Below, piece after piece: positions 24,691-30,630 of a stretch of DNA of 33,044 nt. Position numbers and translations under genes: made by a program. The notes beneath the pieces were generated by a model. The model was not told the origin of the DNA and ran no database searches. It saw only the letters and a program-made list of their open reading frames with translations. This DNA comes from a virus. Each line of letters begins with the position of its first letter. Positions within the stretch are counted from its first letter, which is position 1. The stretch lies in the IMG/VR virus record IMGVR_UViG_3300045988_078908. One strand, given 5' to 3'.

Positions 24691-25170
24691 CTAATCGTCC
24701 ATTGTCGGCAGCGCCATCATCTCGTCGTGTAGATTCGTGGCGATGCCGTTGCCGCCTAACCTGTGATAACTCTGATATGTGCGCTCCATTACTTCCTTGT
24801 CCGCGGTCGAAGCGTGGCCGTCACGAACAGCATGATGATGCGTCCGCATAATCTCGCTCCTGAGCAGCGCCCGCAAGGCCGATTTGAAAAGCTCGTTTTC
24901 CTCTTCGGCCTTTTCCTTCTCAGCGCGCCTGTTCGACAGCGTTACGCCCAGAAGTGCGACAACTGCCGCAGCCGAGTAAATTGCGAACTGCGAATCGATT
25001 CCTGGATTCGACACAAGCGTAGCGGTCGCTGCCAGTACAGACGGGATGCACACCCATAGAAGTTTTCCCCAGAATCCCTGCAATTCCGCTCTTTTCCGAT
25101 TGGTTTTTACACTCCCTTGATTATACGTCACGCGGAGCGGGAATTGCGGGAACGATAAAAAAGGCCCCAT
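24691..25170 (-). CDS. Lysis-cassette membrane protein: two TM segments plus a cytoplasmic helical domain; start uncertain
   Basis: The ORF is open to 25449, but its upstream part overlaps a better gene in another frame. Candidate TM segments are LLWVCIPSVLAATATLV and FAIYSAAAVVALLGVTL. The C-terminus contains ...YQSYHRLGGNGIATNLHDEMMALP. Possible starts are ATG 25170, ATG 25185 or a downstream TTG/GTG. Confidence 0.5.
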   Translation of the reverse strand: MGPFLSFPQFPLRVTYNQGSVKTNRKRAELQGFWGKLLWVCIPSVLAATATLVSNPGIDSQFAIYSAAAVVALLGVTLSNRRAEKEKAEEENELFKSALRALLRSEIMRTHHHAVRDGHASTADKEVMERTYQSYHRLGGNGIATNLHDEMMALPTMDD

Positions 25171-25182
25171 TGCTGGGTCCTT
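25156..25182 (-). terminator. Intrinsic terminator after the 72-aa gene
   Basis: On the - strand, AAGGACCC-AGCAAU-GGGGCCUU forms an 8-bp stem with 1 mismatch, followed by UUUUA. Confidence 0.45.
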
Positions 25183-25204
25183 CATGCTGCATCTCTTTCT
25201 GCTT

Positions 25205-25423
25205 TTACATCTCTTCTGCCTTGAGAAACTTGGGTCCGAGGTAATCGAGGTCGTAGTCGGATGCGGTCGCACTATCGAGCTTGCTGATGTAGTAGATGAA
25301 GTTGTGGTACCTGCGGCCATCGGCTGTTCCACCTTCCGCCACGCATACGAACCCATCCTTTGGCTGGCACCCAATGTCGTAGGGGCGCAGGCGCATTCCG
25401 TACTTGTAAGTGAGGATTTCCAT
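25205..25423 (-). CDS. Hypothetical 72-aa protein (cassette A)
   Basis: ATG 25423 follows the conserved AGAGAGAAAGGAAAC leader. The sequence MEILTYKYGMRLRPYDIGCQPKDGFV...YDLDYLG resembles small domains seen in polyvalent proteins of mobile elements; this comparison is from memory only. Confidence 0.7.
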   Translation of the reverse strand: MEILTYKYGMRLRPYDIGCQPKDGFVCVAEGGTADGRRYHNFIYYISKLDSATASDYDLDYLGPKFLKAEEM

Positions 25424-25490
25424 TGCTGTTTCCTTTCTCTCTTCCGCACTTGCTGATATTAGTATACACCTACAACAACCTTATGCAAGC
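25424..25490 (-). promoter_or_regulatory. Promoter-leader cassette A
   Basis: On the - strand: TTGCAT (25488-25483), a 16-nt spacer, TATACT (25466-25461) within TAGGTGTATACT, then the leader ATCAGCAAGTGCGGAAGAGAGAAAGGAAAC. Confidence 0.6.
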
Positions 25491-25507
25491 TAGACTCGGA
25501 AGTTTTT

Positions 25508-25541
25508 CGAAATGAAAAACGGGAACCCTCTCGGATTCCCG
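25508..25541 (-). terminator. Intrinsic terminator after the RHH gene
   Basis: On the - strand, CGGGAAUCC-GAGA-GGGUUCCCG is followed by UUUUUCAUUU. Confidence 0.7.
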
Positions 25542-25548
25542 CATCTGG

Positions 25549-25722
25549 TTATTTTTTCAGGTCGGCGCGTATGAGCCGCTTGATGTAGCTCTGCTTGCTG
25601 GGTACGCTGTCGAGCTTTTCCAGAACGTCCTCGTCGGTGCGGCGGTTCAGCTTCAGGTGAACCTGCCGCGTGTTCTTCGCGTCGTACTTCTTCTGGGCCT
25701 TGATTTGCGCTTCAGTTGCCAT
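25549..25722 (-). CDS. Ribbon-helix-helix (Arc/CopG-like) DNA-binding protein
   Basis: 57 aa from ATG 25722, which lies 8 nt after GGAGG. The sequence is MATEAQIKAQKKYDAKNTRQVHLKLNRRTDEDVLEKLDSVPSKQSYIKRLIRADLKK. Confidence 0.7.
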   Translation of the reverse strand: MATEAQIKAQKKYDAKNTRQVHLKLNRRTDEDVLEKLDSVPSKQSYIKRLIRADLKK

Positions 25723-25727
25723 GCGCA

Positions 25728-25946
25728 TCACCTCCGGTTGTCGATTAGGTCTGCCAGCCTCGGCCACATTCCCGGCCCCGAGCTGTCTAGGTTGCAGAGT
25801 GCGTCGTCGTTCCCGAACAGCGCCCTGCTCGCCCTGATGCACCCGAGGCAGTCGCCTACGGTCTTGTACGCGCTGCCCTCGTCGGCGCACCTGTGAGTGC
25901 GCAGGAACTCGACGGCCTCGCGGCGCTCGTCATTGCTAATCGCCAT
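25728..25946 (-). CDS. Hypothetical 72-aa protein
   Basis: ATG 25946 follows a GAAGGTGG SD. The sequence is MAISNDERREAVEFLRTHRCADEG...WPRLADLIDNRR. Its stop overlaps the alternative ATG 25728 of the next ORF. Confidence 0.65.
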   Translation of the reverse strand: MAISNDERREAVEFLRTHRCADEGSAYKTVGDCLGCIRASRALFGNDDALCNLDSSGPGMWPRLADLIDNRR

Positions 25947-26235
25947 ATTGGACCACCTTCGCTCCACAGTTGGGGCAATAGCGCAGCGTACCGACTGCGG
26001 GCACCGCAGCTCCGCAGGCGTCGCACCTGACAGCGGGGCCGCACATGGCATGGCTCGCGGTCTCGTCCGGCTCCATGTGGCACGTGCGCTCTGGCACGTA
26101 ATCGCGCGTCTCGCCGCGAAAGACGCCGAAGACCGGCTTGAGCATCAGGCGCTCCGGCCACCTGACCGGCCACGCCGTTGAGTCGGGGGTGAACACCAGC
26201 TCGAAGGGGGCTCCGGCACCGCCTGCTCTACTCAT
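25936..26235 (-). CDS. Hypothetical zinc-ribbon protein
   Basis: 99 aa from ATG 26235, which follows a GAGGGGTGAGGG SD. The C-terminus is CDACGAAVPAVGTLRYCPNCGAKV. Confidence 0.65.
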   Translation of the reverse strand: MSRAGGAGAPFELVFTPDSTAWPVRWPERLMLKPVFGVFRGETRDYVPERTCHMEPDETASHAMCGPAVRCDACGAAVPAVGTLRYCPNCGAKVVQYGD

Positions 26236-26380
26236 CGCCCTCACCCCTCAGCTTGCGGATGCGGTCGGCGATGTCACGCATGGCAATCAGAACGCAGCCG
26301 TCCTCGTTGTACAAGACCTTGGTATCCAGCGGAATCTCGCGGCCCTCGGCATCCTTGGGTAGCGTGATTTGAGTTGCCAT
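26228..26380 (-). CDS. Hypothetical 50-aa protein (below the ORF-track cutoff)
   Basis: ATG 26380 lies 4 nt after GAGGAGGA and directly after the upstream stop (TAAATG). The sequence is MATQITLPKDAEGREIPLDTKVLYNEDGCVLIAMRDIADRIRKLRGEGDE. Its stop overlaps the next ATG. Confidence 0.55.
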   Translation of the reverse strand: MATQITLPKDAEGREIPLDTKVLYNEDGCVLIAMRDIADRIRKLRGEGDE

Positions 26381-26671
26381 TTAATCCTCCTCGGTTTCGA
26401 TTTTGTCTAGCTTTCCAGACAGCCACAGGCACATCGCCGTACTGAGCACCGTCACTACCGCGCGGTCATATTCCACGTCTGTAATGCACTTTGCGTTGCG
26501 TCGCTTGGCGTCTGAGGTTGTACCGACTGGCTGCACCATGGCCGTTCTAATCGTTTTGAGCGCATCTTTCATCGCCTGCTTGTCGGCGGCGCTGAAACCA
26601 CCCTGCCACGTTGAGAACGTGAGCATGGATTCGAGCAGCGGGCTGTTGCCGAAATTGACTAGACCCGTCAT
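26381..26671 (-). CDS. Hypothetical 96-aa protein
   Basis: ATG 26671 overlaps the upstream stop (ATGA). No recognisable motifs. Confidence 0.65.
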   Translation of the reverse strand: MTGLVNFGNSPLLESMLTFSTWQGGFSAADKQAMKDALKTIRTAMVQPVGTTSDAKRRNAKCITDVEYDRAVVTVLSTAMCLWLSGKLDKIETEED

Positions 26672-27033
26672 TCTTCGGTCCTTCGATTAATCTGGGCGCG
26701 GTTGAGAACCTTGGTGCGCAGTTCCGCGCAATCGGCGCTCGGATAGGTCGGCGCAACCTCTTTGCGGATGCACGCGGCGCATACCGCCACGGCATATGCC
26801 ATGTGCGGCGCCATGAGGTCTTCATCACGCATATATCCCCGGTAAAGCCTGTCCACGTTGGCTAGCGACCTCTCCCACGCACGGCAGCGCTCGCGATACA
26901 TCTTCATGCGGTCGCGGGTCTTGGATAGCTTCGACTCAAGCCCCCGGCAATGGCGCTCTAGGTTTGCGTACCGGCGCTTCAGGTCGGATAGCTCTTCGGC
27001 GTAGCTCAGAGCCAGCGTTTGGTAGTCCTGCAT
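26668..27033 (-). CDS. Hypothetical coiled-coil protein (121 aa)
   Basis: ATG 27033 shares one nucleotide with the TGA of the upstream 46-aa ORF. The sequence begins MQDYQTLALSYAEELSDLKRRYANLERHCRGLESKLSK... Confidence 0.6.
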   Translation of the reverse strand: MQDYQTLALSYAEELSDLKRRYANLERHCRGLESKLSKTRDRMKMYRERCRAWERSLANVDRLYRGYMRDEDLMAPHMAYAVAVCAACIRKEVAPTYPSADCAELRTKVLNRAQINRRTEE

Positions 27034-27173
27034 CACAGCATCGACCCCCATCCCAGTGCCACGCGGATGCCGTCGGCGATGACGAGCATGCCGTAGCTGA
27101 CTGCGGGAACCGCCTGCATGAGCAACAATACCCCCGCGACGAACCCCGCGCACTTAAGCAGTCTCGATGCCAT
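27033..27173 (-). CDS. Possible 46-aa hydrophobic peptide (below the ORF-track cutoff)
   Basis: ATG 27173 lies 19 nt before the DUF3310 stop. The sequence is MASRLLKCAGFVAGVLLLMQAVPAVSYGMLVIADGIRVALGWGSML. It replaces an Arg-rich, implausible N-terminal extension of the 161-aa ORF. Confidence 0.45.
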   Translation of the reverse strand: MASRLLKCAGFVAGVLLLMQAVPAVSYGMLVIADGIRVALGWGSML

Positions 27174-27423
27174 GAGTCCCCTCCTCACTGAGCCATTCGC
27201 CCGTGAGCGCGTGATGCAGGTAGTTCTCGGCCTTGCCCAGCTCTATGTCTAGAGCGTCCTTCCTGCCGGCCCTCAGAAGGTATTTGAGCGCGTTCCCTAC
27301 ATCCCATGCCTGCGCCATGCCGAACCCTTCTGCGGATTCGACGCGCTCCATCACGTCGGCGATAATGCCCTCCGCTTGGATGCCACGCACCTCGTAGCGT
27401 TCGTGCCCGTCCGCTTTCTCCAT
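27154..27423 (-). CDS. DUF3310-family phage protein
   Basis: 89 aa from ATG 27423, which follows the conserved AGAGAGAAAGGAAC leader. The pattern EVRGIQAEGIIADVME......F..GNALKYLLRAGRKD....DLGKAENYL is the DUF3310 signature. Confidence 0.75.
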   Translation of the reverse strand: MEKADGHERYEVRGIQAEGIIADVMERVESAEGFGMAQAWDVGNALKYLLRAGRKDALDIELGKAENYLHHALTGEWLSEEGTHGIETA

Positions 27424-27546
27424 AACGTTCCTTTCTCTCTGGGATTCGCAGTGACGGCCTGTCTCTCGATGGTATGTGCCGTTTGCCCTTTCCCTTCCTG
27501 ACATATATAAGTATACACTATTGTTTCAGAAAATGAAAGCGTTTTC
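27424..27546 (-). promoter_or_regulatory. Promoter-leader cassette D (long leader)
   Basis: On the - strand: TAGTGTATACT (-10 TATACT at 27515-27510), GAAA-GCGT-TTTC at 27535-27546, and the conserved AGAGAGAAAGGAAC at 27440-27427. Confidence 0.5.
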
Positions 27547-27570
27547 GCAAACTTTTGAAAGGTAGTTTCT

Positions 27571-27601
27571 GGCATAGAAAGGCCACTGTTTCCAGTGGCC
27601 T
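27571..27601 (-). terminator. Intrinsic terminator after the 58-aa gene
   Basis: AGGCCACUG-GAAA-CAGUGGCCU forms a perfect 9-bp stem (27580-27601), followed by UUCUAUGCC. Confidence 0.65.
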
Positions 27602-27605
27602 GTGT

Positions 27606-27782
27606 TCAATGTTTCTGTTTTCCTTCCATCTTCAAGCGCTCAATGTCCCAACTTGGGTCGAATGGCTGGATGCTGTTAAAGCGTTGGTCGTACCTCCTCC
27701 CTTTTCTAAGGGCTTCATCGCCGGTTTCGGCTCTCACGATGATGCATTCCATCTCGTTGTTGCCCCATACCTTCCACCACAT
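27606..27782 (-). CDS. Hypothetical 58-aa protein (below the ORF-track cutoff)
   Basis: ATG 27782 lies 9 nt after GGGAGG and 5 nt after the upstream stop. The sequence is MWWKVWGNNEMECIIVRAETGDEALRKGRRYDQRFNSIQPFDPSWDIERLKMEGKQKH. The terminator follows directly. Confidence 0.55.
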   Translation of the reverse strand: MWWKVWGNNEMECIIVRAETGDEALRKGRRYDQRFNSIQPFDPSWDIERLKMEGKQKH

Positions 27783-27786
27783 ACTG

Positions 27787-28023
27787 TTACGCCTCCCGAC
27801 TTTTGAGCTTGATGGTCACGCACACTTTTCCGCTTAACATGCTCTCAAGCTTCCATTCGTAGACCTCTTCGTCTCCATATGCCGCGATTGCCGCCCCAGC
27901 GTTATCGAAGCCATAACCCTTGGATGGAGTCTTGCCCTCGCGCGTGAAGATGGAGACTGAAAATACGGTGAACCCTGCAGCCACCTTGTTAAGGATGCTC
28001 TCTACGGTATTGGCGTTCATCAT
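27787..28023 (-). CDS. Hypothetical 78-aa protein (cassette B)
   Basis: ATG 28023 follows the conserved AGAGAGAAAGGAAC leader. No recognisable motifs. Confidence 0.7.
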   Translation of the reverse strand: MMNANTVESILNKVAAGFTVFSVSIFTREGKTPSKGYGFDNAGAAIAAYGDEEVYEWKLESMLSGKVCVTIKLKSREA

Positions 28024-28106
28024 TTGGGGTTCCTTTCTCTCTCCCTCACTTGCTGATAGTAAGTATACACCTATACAAGGCAGGCGGAAGCGGGAATCGA
28101 AAGTTT
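28024..28106 (-). promoter_or_regulatory. Promoter-leader cassette B
   Basis: On the - strand: TAGGTGTATACT (28073-28062), the leader TATCAGCAAGTGAGGGAGAGAGAAAGGAAC, and GAAAGTTTC at 28098-28106. It is nearly identical to cassette A over about 45 nt. Confidence 0.55.
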
Positions 28107-28109
28107 CTC

Positions 28110-28140
28110 AAAATAAAAAAGCCCCCATTTCTGGGGGCCT
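28110..28140 (-). terminator. Intrinsic terminator after the 62-aa gene
   Basis: GCCCCCA-GAAA-UGGGGGC (28121-28138) is followed by UUUUUUAUUUU. Confidence 0.75.
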
Positions 28141-28144
28141 TCTC

Positions 28145-28333
28145 CTACCTTACGAAGAGCGCCTTGTAATCCTCGCGCATCTCGTCTAGGCGGAACCACG
28201 TTGGCACGTCGTAGTCCTCCTTGTCGGATTCCGTCATGTCCCCGACCTTTCCGCTCCAATGGAACCGTGAGCCATCATAGAGGAGAACCTCATCGTCGGG
28301 CTGGAAGTCGGTGTCGAAGATTGTGTTTGCCAT
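28145..28333 (-). CDS. Hypothetical 62-aa acidic protein (cassette C)
   Basis: ATG 28333 follows the conserved AGAGAGAAAGGAAC leader. The sequence begins MANTIFDTDFQPDDEVLLYDGSRFHWSGKVGDMTESDKEDYDVPTWF... Confidence 0.7.
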   Translation of the reverse strand: MANTIFDTDFQPDDEVLLYDGSRFHWSGKVGDMTESDKEDYDVPTWFRLDEMREDYKALFVR

Positions 28334-28424
28334 TTGGGGGTTCCTTTCTCTCTCTTTCCCCTATTGCGGTTACTAGTATATACCTATACCGAGCAGTCGC
28401 AAGCGAGAATCTGAAACTTTTTTC
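28334..28424 (-). promoter_or_regulatory. Promoter-leader cassette C
   Basis: On the - strand: TTGCGA (28402-28397), a 16-nt spacer, TATACT (28380-28375) within TAGGTATATACT, the leader ...GGGGAAAGAGAGAGAAAGGAAC, and GAAA...TTTC at 28413-28424. Confidence 0.6.
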
Positions 28425-28438
28425 GTTCATATATGGGT

Positions 28439-28469
28439 GCGGCCCGCAAGGTCGGGTCTTGCGGGCCGC
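28439..28469 (-). terminator. Strong hairpin after the sigma-like regulator gene (terminator-like, no clean U-run)
   Basis: GCGGCCCGCAAG-N7-CTTGCGGGCCGC is a perfect 12-bp stem, 30 nt downstream of the stop at 28500. Confidence 0.5.
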
Positions 28470-28499
28470 TAGAGAAAGGAGACGCCGGTATGGGCGCGT

Positions 28500-28805
28500 C
28501 TACATTCTACCACGGAGGAACCTGCGGAGCTGCTTGGCTGGGCTGGTTCTCTCGTAGTGCATCCGTCTCGCTATCGTCTCCCAGCTCTTGCCTTCGAGGA
28601 ACCGCATGACCGCTATCGCCCTGACTTTCGCGTCCGGTATCGTCGCGATGAAGGCCATAGCCTCAAGCCTTGCGGACTCCACGGCCTTCGCCTGCCTGTC
28701 TATCGCCCCCAGAACCTCTGGGCTAGGCTCGAGGGCTGCGACCCTGCGGAGTGCGCCCAGCTCCGACTTGAGATGCACGGCCTGCGAGAGCTCGCGTTCG
28801 GTCAT
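28500..28805 (-). CDS. Sigma-70 region-4-like phage transcription regulator (DUF1492/ArpU-like)
   Basis: 101 aa from ATG 28805, whose ATGA overlaps the DnaC-like stop. The C-terminus AKVRAIAVMRFLEGKSWETIARRMHYERTSPAKQLRR is a region-4-type HTH. Confidence 0.65.
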   Translation of the reverse strand: MTERELSQAVHLKSELGALRRVAALEPSPEVLGAIDRQAKAVESARLEAMAFIATIPDAKVRAIAVMRFLEGKSWETIARRMHYERTSPAKQLRRFLRGRM

Positions 28806-29641
28806 AGCCCCAGAAGCTCCTTGGCTGCTGCCGTCCTTGCAGCGTAGTCCGACCGCCGGCGGTCTTGCCCATTGAATGCCACGGGGACGCACATGTCCAT
28901 GATGCGGCTGTAGATTCGCTGCTCCCCTATCCCATCGGCACCCATGAGGTCGCGTGGGTTGATGTTCGTCGTTACTATCAGTGGAAGCTTTGAGCGGTAG
29001 CGGGCGTCGATGACTGCCGTCACCTGCTCCGTCATGTACTCGGTCTTTCTCTCGGTGGCGAAGTCATCGATTATCAGAAGGTCGAACTTCTGCAGGCTGT
29101 CGATGTACTCCTGCTTCCCCGAGAACCCGTTTTGCAGCTTGTTGACTATCCGCTGGAAGTTGGTCATAAGGCATGGCGTGCCGCTCTCAATCAGCGCGTT
29201 CGCTATGCATGCGGCGGCGAAGCTCTTCCCGCTGCCGACGTTGCCGTAGAGCATCAGCCCCGTGCCGTTCTCCAACATCTGCGGGAACTTCTCGACGTAG
29301 CGCTTCATCGCAGCCATGGTCTTGGCATCCTTGCCGTCATCGTTGGCGAACGTCCAGTCACGCATCTCTGAGTCCGGGAAACCGGTGCGGCGCATCCTGT
29401 CTACGTGCCGCATTCTCTCGCGTGCCCTGTCCTCTTCCTTGAGCCTTTCCTCCCTCTCGATTTCGCACCTGCACATGCAATACGGCTTGATTACCCTGCC
29501 GCCGAACTCGACCTCGCATTGCTTGGGCGTGTGGCACTTTCCGCAGTAGAGAAGGCCGTCCTTGATGTAGTCGCCCTCCTGCGGATTGTGGTTCTTGGCT
29601 GCCGCCTTGGCAAGCCCTTCGATGATTCCGTTTGTATCCAT
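28802..29641 (-). CDS. DnaC/IstB-like AAA+ helicase loader with an N-terminal zinc ribbon
   Basis: 279 aa with an AGGAGG SD. Walker A is LMLYGNVGSGKSF and Walker B is FDLLIIDDF. The N-terminus contains CGKCHTPKQC...CMCRC. Confidence 0.85.
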   Translation of the reverse strand: MDTNGIIEGLAKAAAKNHNPQEGDYIKDGLLYCGKCHTPKQCEVEFGGRVIKPYCMCRCEIEREERLKEEDRARERMRHVDRMRRTGFPDSEMRDWTFANDDGKDAKTMAAMKRYVEKFPQMLENGTGLMLYGNVGSGKSFAAACIANALIESGTPCLMTNFQRIVNKLQNGFSGKQEYIDSLQKFDLLIIDDFATERKTEYMTEQVTAVIDARYRSKLPLIVTTNINPRDLMGADGIGEQRIYSRIMDMCVPVAFNGQDRRRSDYAARTAAAKELLGL

Positions 29642-29655
29642 ATCCGTTTTCCTCC

Positions 29656-30477
29656 TTACTTGTTTTTCGGCGCGTATTTTCCCAGCCCTAGAACCTTGTC
29701 TACCTCTTCGTCTCCGGTGCTCTGGTAGTAATAATCGGCATCTATTTTCTTATCGAATCCACTTTCCTGTGCCCTTCTTGGCTGCTGGGAAGACTTCTGC
29801 CTGTCCATGCGAGCCCAGTTACGAATCGTCGCCAGATGGTTCTTGTAGGTCTTTCCAGTTGAAGCCATGTAAGAGCTAAGCCTTTCGACTCTCTCTTCCC
29901 AGTCAGTGGGGAACTCTGCTTGCAGCTTCTCCATGTCTGAGTCTGAGAGAAGGACGTTTGAGTACTCCCCGTACTTGTGGCGCGTCTCCCTCTTCTGCGA
30001 GGGCCTATCGCATTTGATAGATGGATTGATAATAGACGGGTCACTGATAGATGAATCTTTGTTGCTACTTTGAAGTGGTACGGGGTCGCACTTTGAAGTG
30101 GTACCCCCGTCGCACTTTGAAGTGGTACCCGTATCACTTTGAAGTTGTACGGCCTGTTCAGTTGGGCGATAATACGCACGAGTGCCGACCTCGCTATTCT
30201 TGACTTTTTGATGATATAGCAAGCCGAACTTTACCAGCTTCTTGAGCCTGCGCCGTACCGCTTCTGGGTTGAGGTGCATAATCGGCAGTTCGTCGCATAC
30301 GTATGAAGCACTGACCCACCCATATTCGACGCCGTCTATTACGCGCTTCTCCATGCCGCCAAAATAGAAGTCCATAATCCATCGCAGAATCATGAGGTCG
30401 CGTTCGTCTATTGATTGATGTTCATCGCGCAGATTAAGGACTTGCTCTTGGCTGAAGCCGAATATCGTGTATTTCAT
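29656..30477 (-). CDS. Replisome organizer / replication initiator (winged-helix N-terminus, DnaD-like C-terminus)
   Basis: 273 aa from ATG 30477, which lies 5 nt after AGGTGGTGG. The C-terminus KTYKNHLATIRNWARMD is DnaD-domain-like. Iterons lie inside the linker-coding region. Confidence 0.75.
   Translation of the reverse strand: MKYTIFGFSQEQVLNLRDEHQSIDERDLMILRWIMDFYFGGMEKRVIDGVEYGWVSASYVCDELPIMHLNPEAVRRRLKKLVKFGLLYHQKVKNSEVGTRAYYRPTEQAVQLQSDTGTTSKCDGGTTSKCDPVPLQSSNKDSSISDPSIINPSIKCDRPSQKRETRHKYGEYSNVLLSDSDMEKLQAEFPTDWEERVERLSSYMASTGKTYKNHLATIRNWARMDRQKSSQQPRRAQESGFDKKIDADYYYQSTGDEEVDKVLGLGKYAPKNK
30067..30150. repeat. Four iterons ACTTTGAAGTGGTAC, the putative origin of replication
   Basis: Copies are at 30067-30081, 30090-30104, 30114-30128 and 30136-30150 (the last reads ...GTTGTAC). 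The period is 22-24 nt. A flanking TGATAGATG direct repeat lies at about 30013-30050. Confidence 0.7.
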
Positions 30478-30490
30478 TTTCGCCACCACC

Positions 30491-30536
30491 TAAAAAGAAA
30501 GCCCCGTCACATGTTGCAGCTGCGACGGGGCTTTCT
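30491..30536 (-). terminator. Strong intrinsic terminator abutting the SD of the replisome-organizer gene
   Basis: AGAAAGCCCCGUC (30536-30524 on the - strand) and GACGGGGCUUUCU (30508-30496) form a perfect 13-bp stem with a 15-nt loop, followed by UUUUUA. AGGTGGTGG follows immediately. Confidence 0.7.
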
Positions 30537-30601
30537 ATTTTCATGCCGTTAAGGCTTGAAAAGCTATGTCATTTGCAAGGCTGCAACCCTCGCGTTCTTA
30601 A

Positions 30602-30630
30602 ATTATAGCATCACGATTCCTCGATGTTGA
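30602..30630 (-). promoter_or_regulatory. Extended -10 promoter candidate (TCAACA-17-TGcTATAAT)
   Basis: On the - strand, TGCTATAAT occupies 30610-30602, directly after the DUF1064 stop (30611-30613). TCAACA lies at 30630-25. Confidence 0.5.

Noticed and set aside
25186-25449. The N-terminal ~90 aa of the 252-aa ORF 24691-25449.
   Set aside because: This part is Ser/Thr/Arg-rich and low-complexity. It overlaps, in another frame, the 72-aa gene 25205-25423, which has a conserved leader/SD and a protein-like sequence. A terminator-like hairpin (25156-25182) also lies inside it.
25723-25890. The N-terminal extension of ORF 25549-25890, and likewise the extensions of 25728-26051, 26668-27153, 27154-27504 and 28500-28892.
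   Set aside because: These extensions are Arg/Gly/Pro-rich and overlap better-supported upstream genes. Internal ATGs with good SD spacing and stop-start coupling give compact, protein-like products. For 27154-27504, a leaderless start at ATG 27504 just after the TATACT box cannot be fully excluded.
30067-30150. The direct repeats might have been a mini CRISPR array.
   Set aside because: The repeats are only 15 nt with spacers of 7-9 nt. They lie inside a replication-initiator ORF and have helical-turn spacing, which makes them classic iterons.
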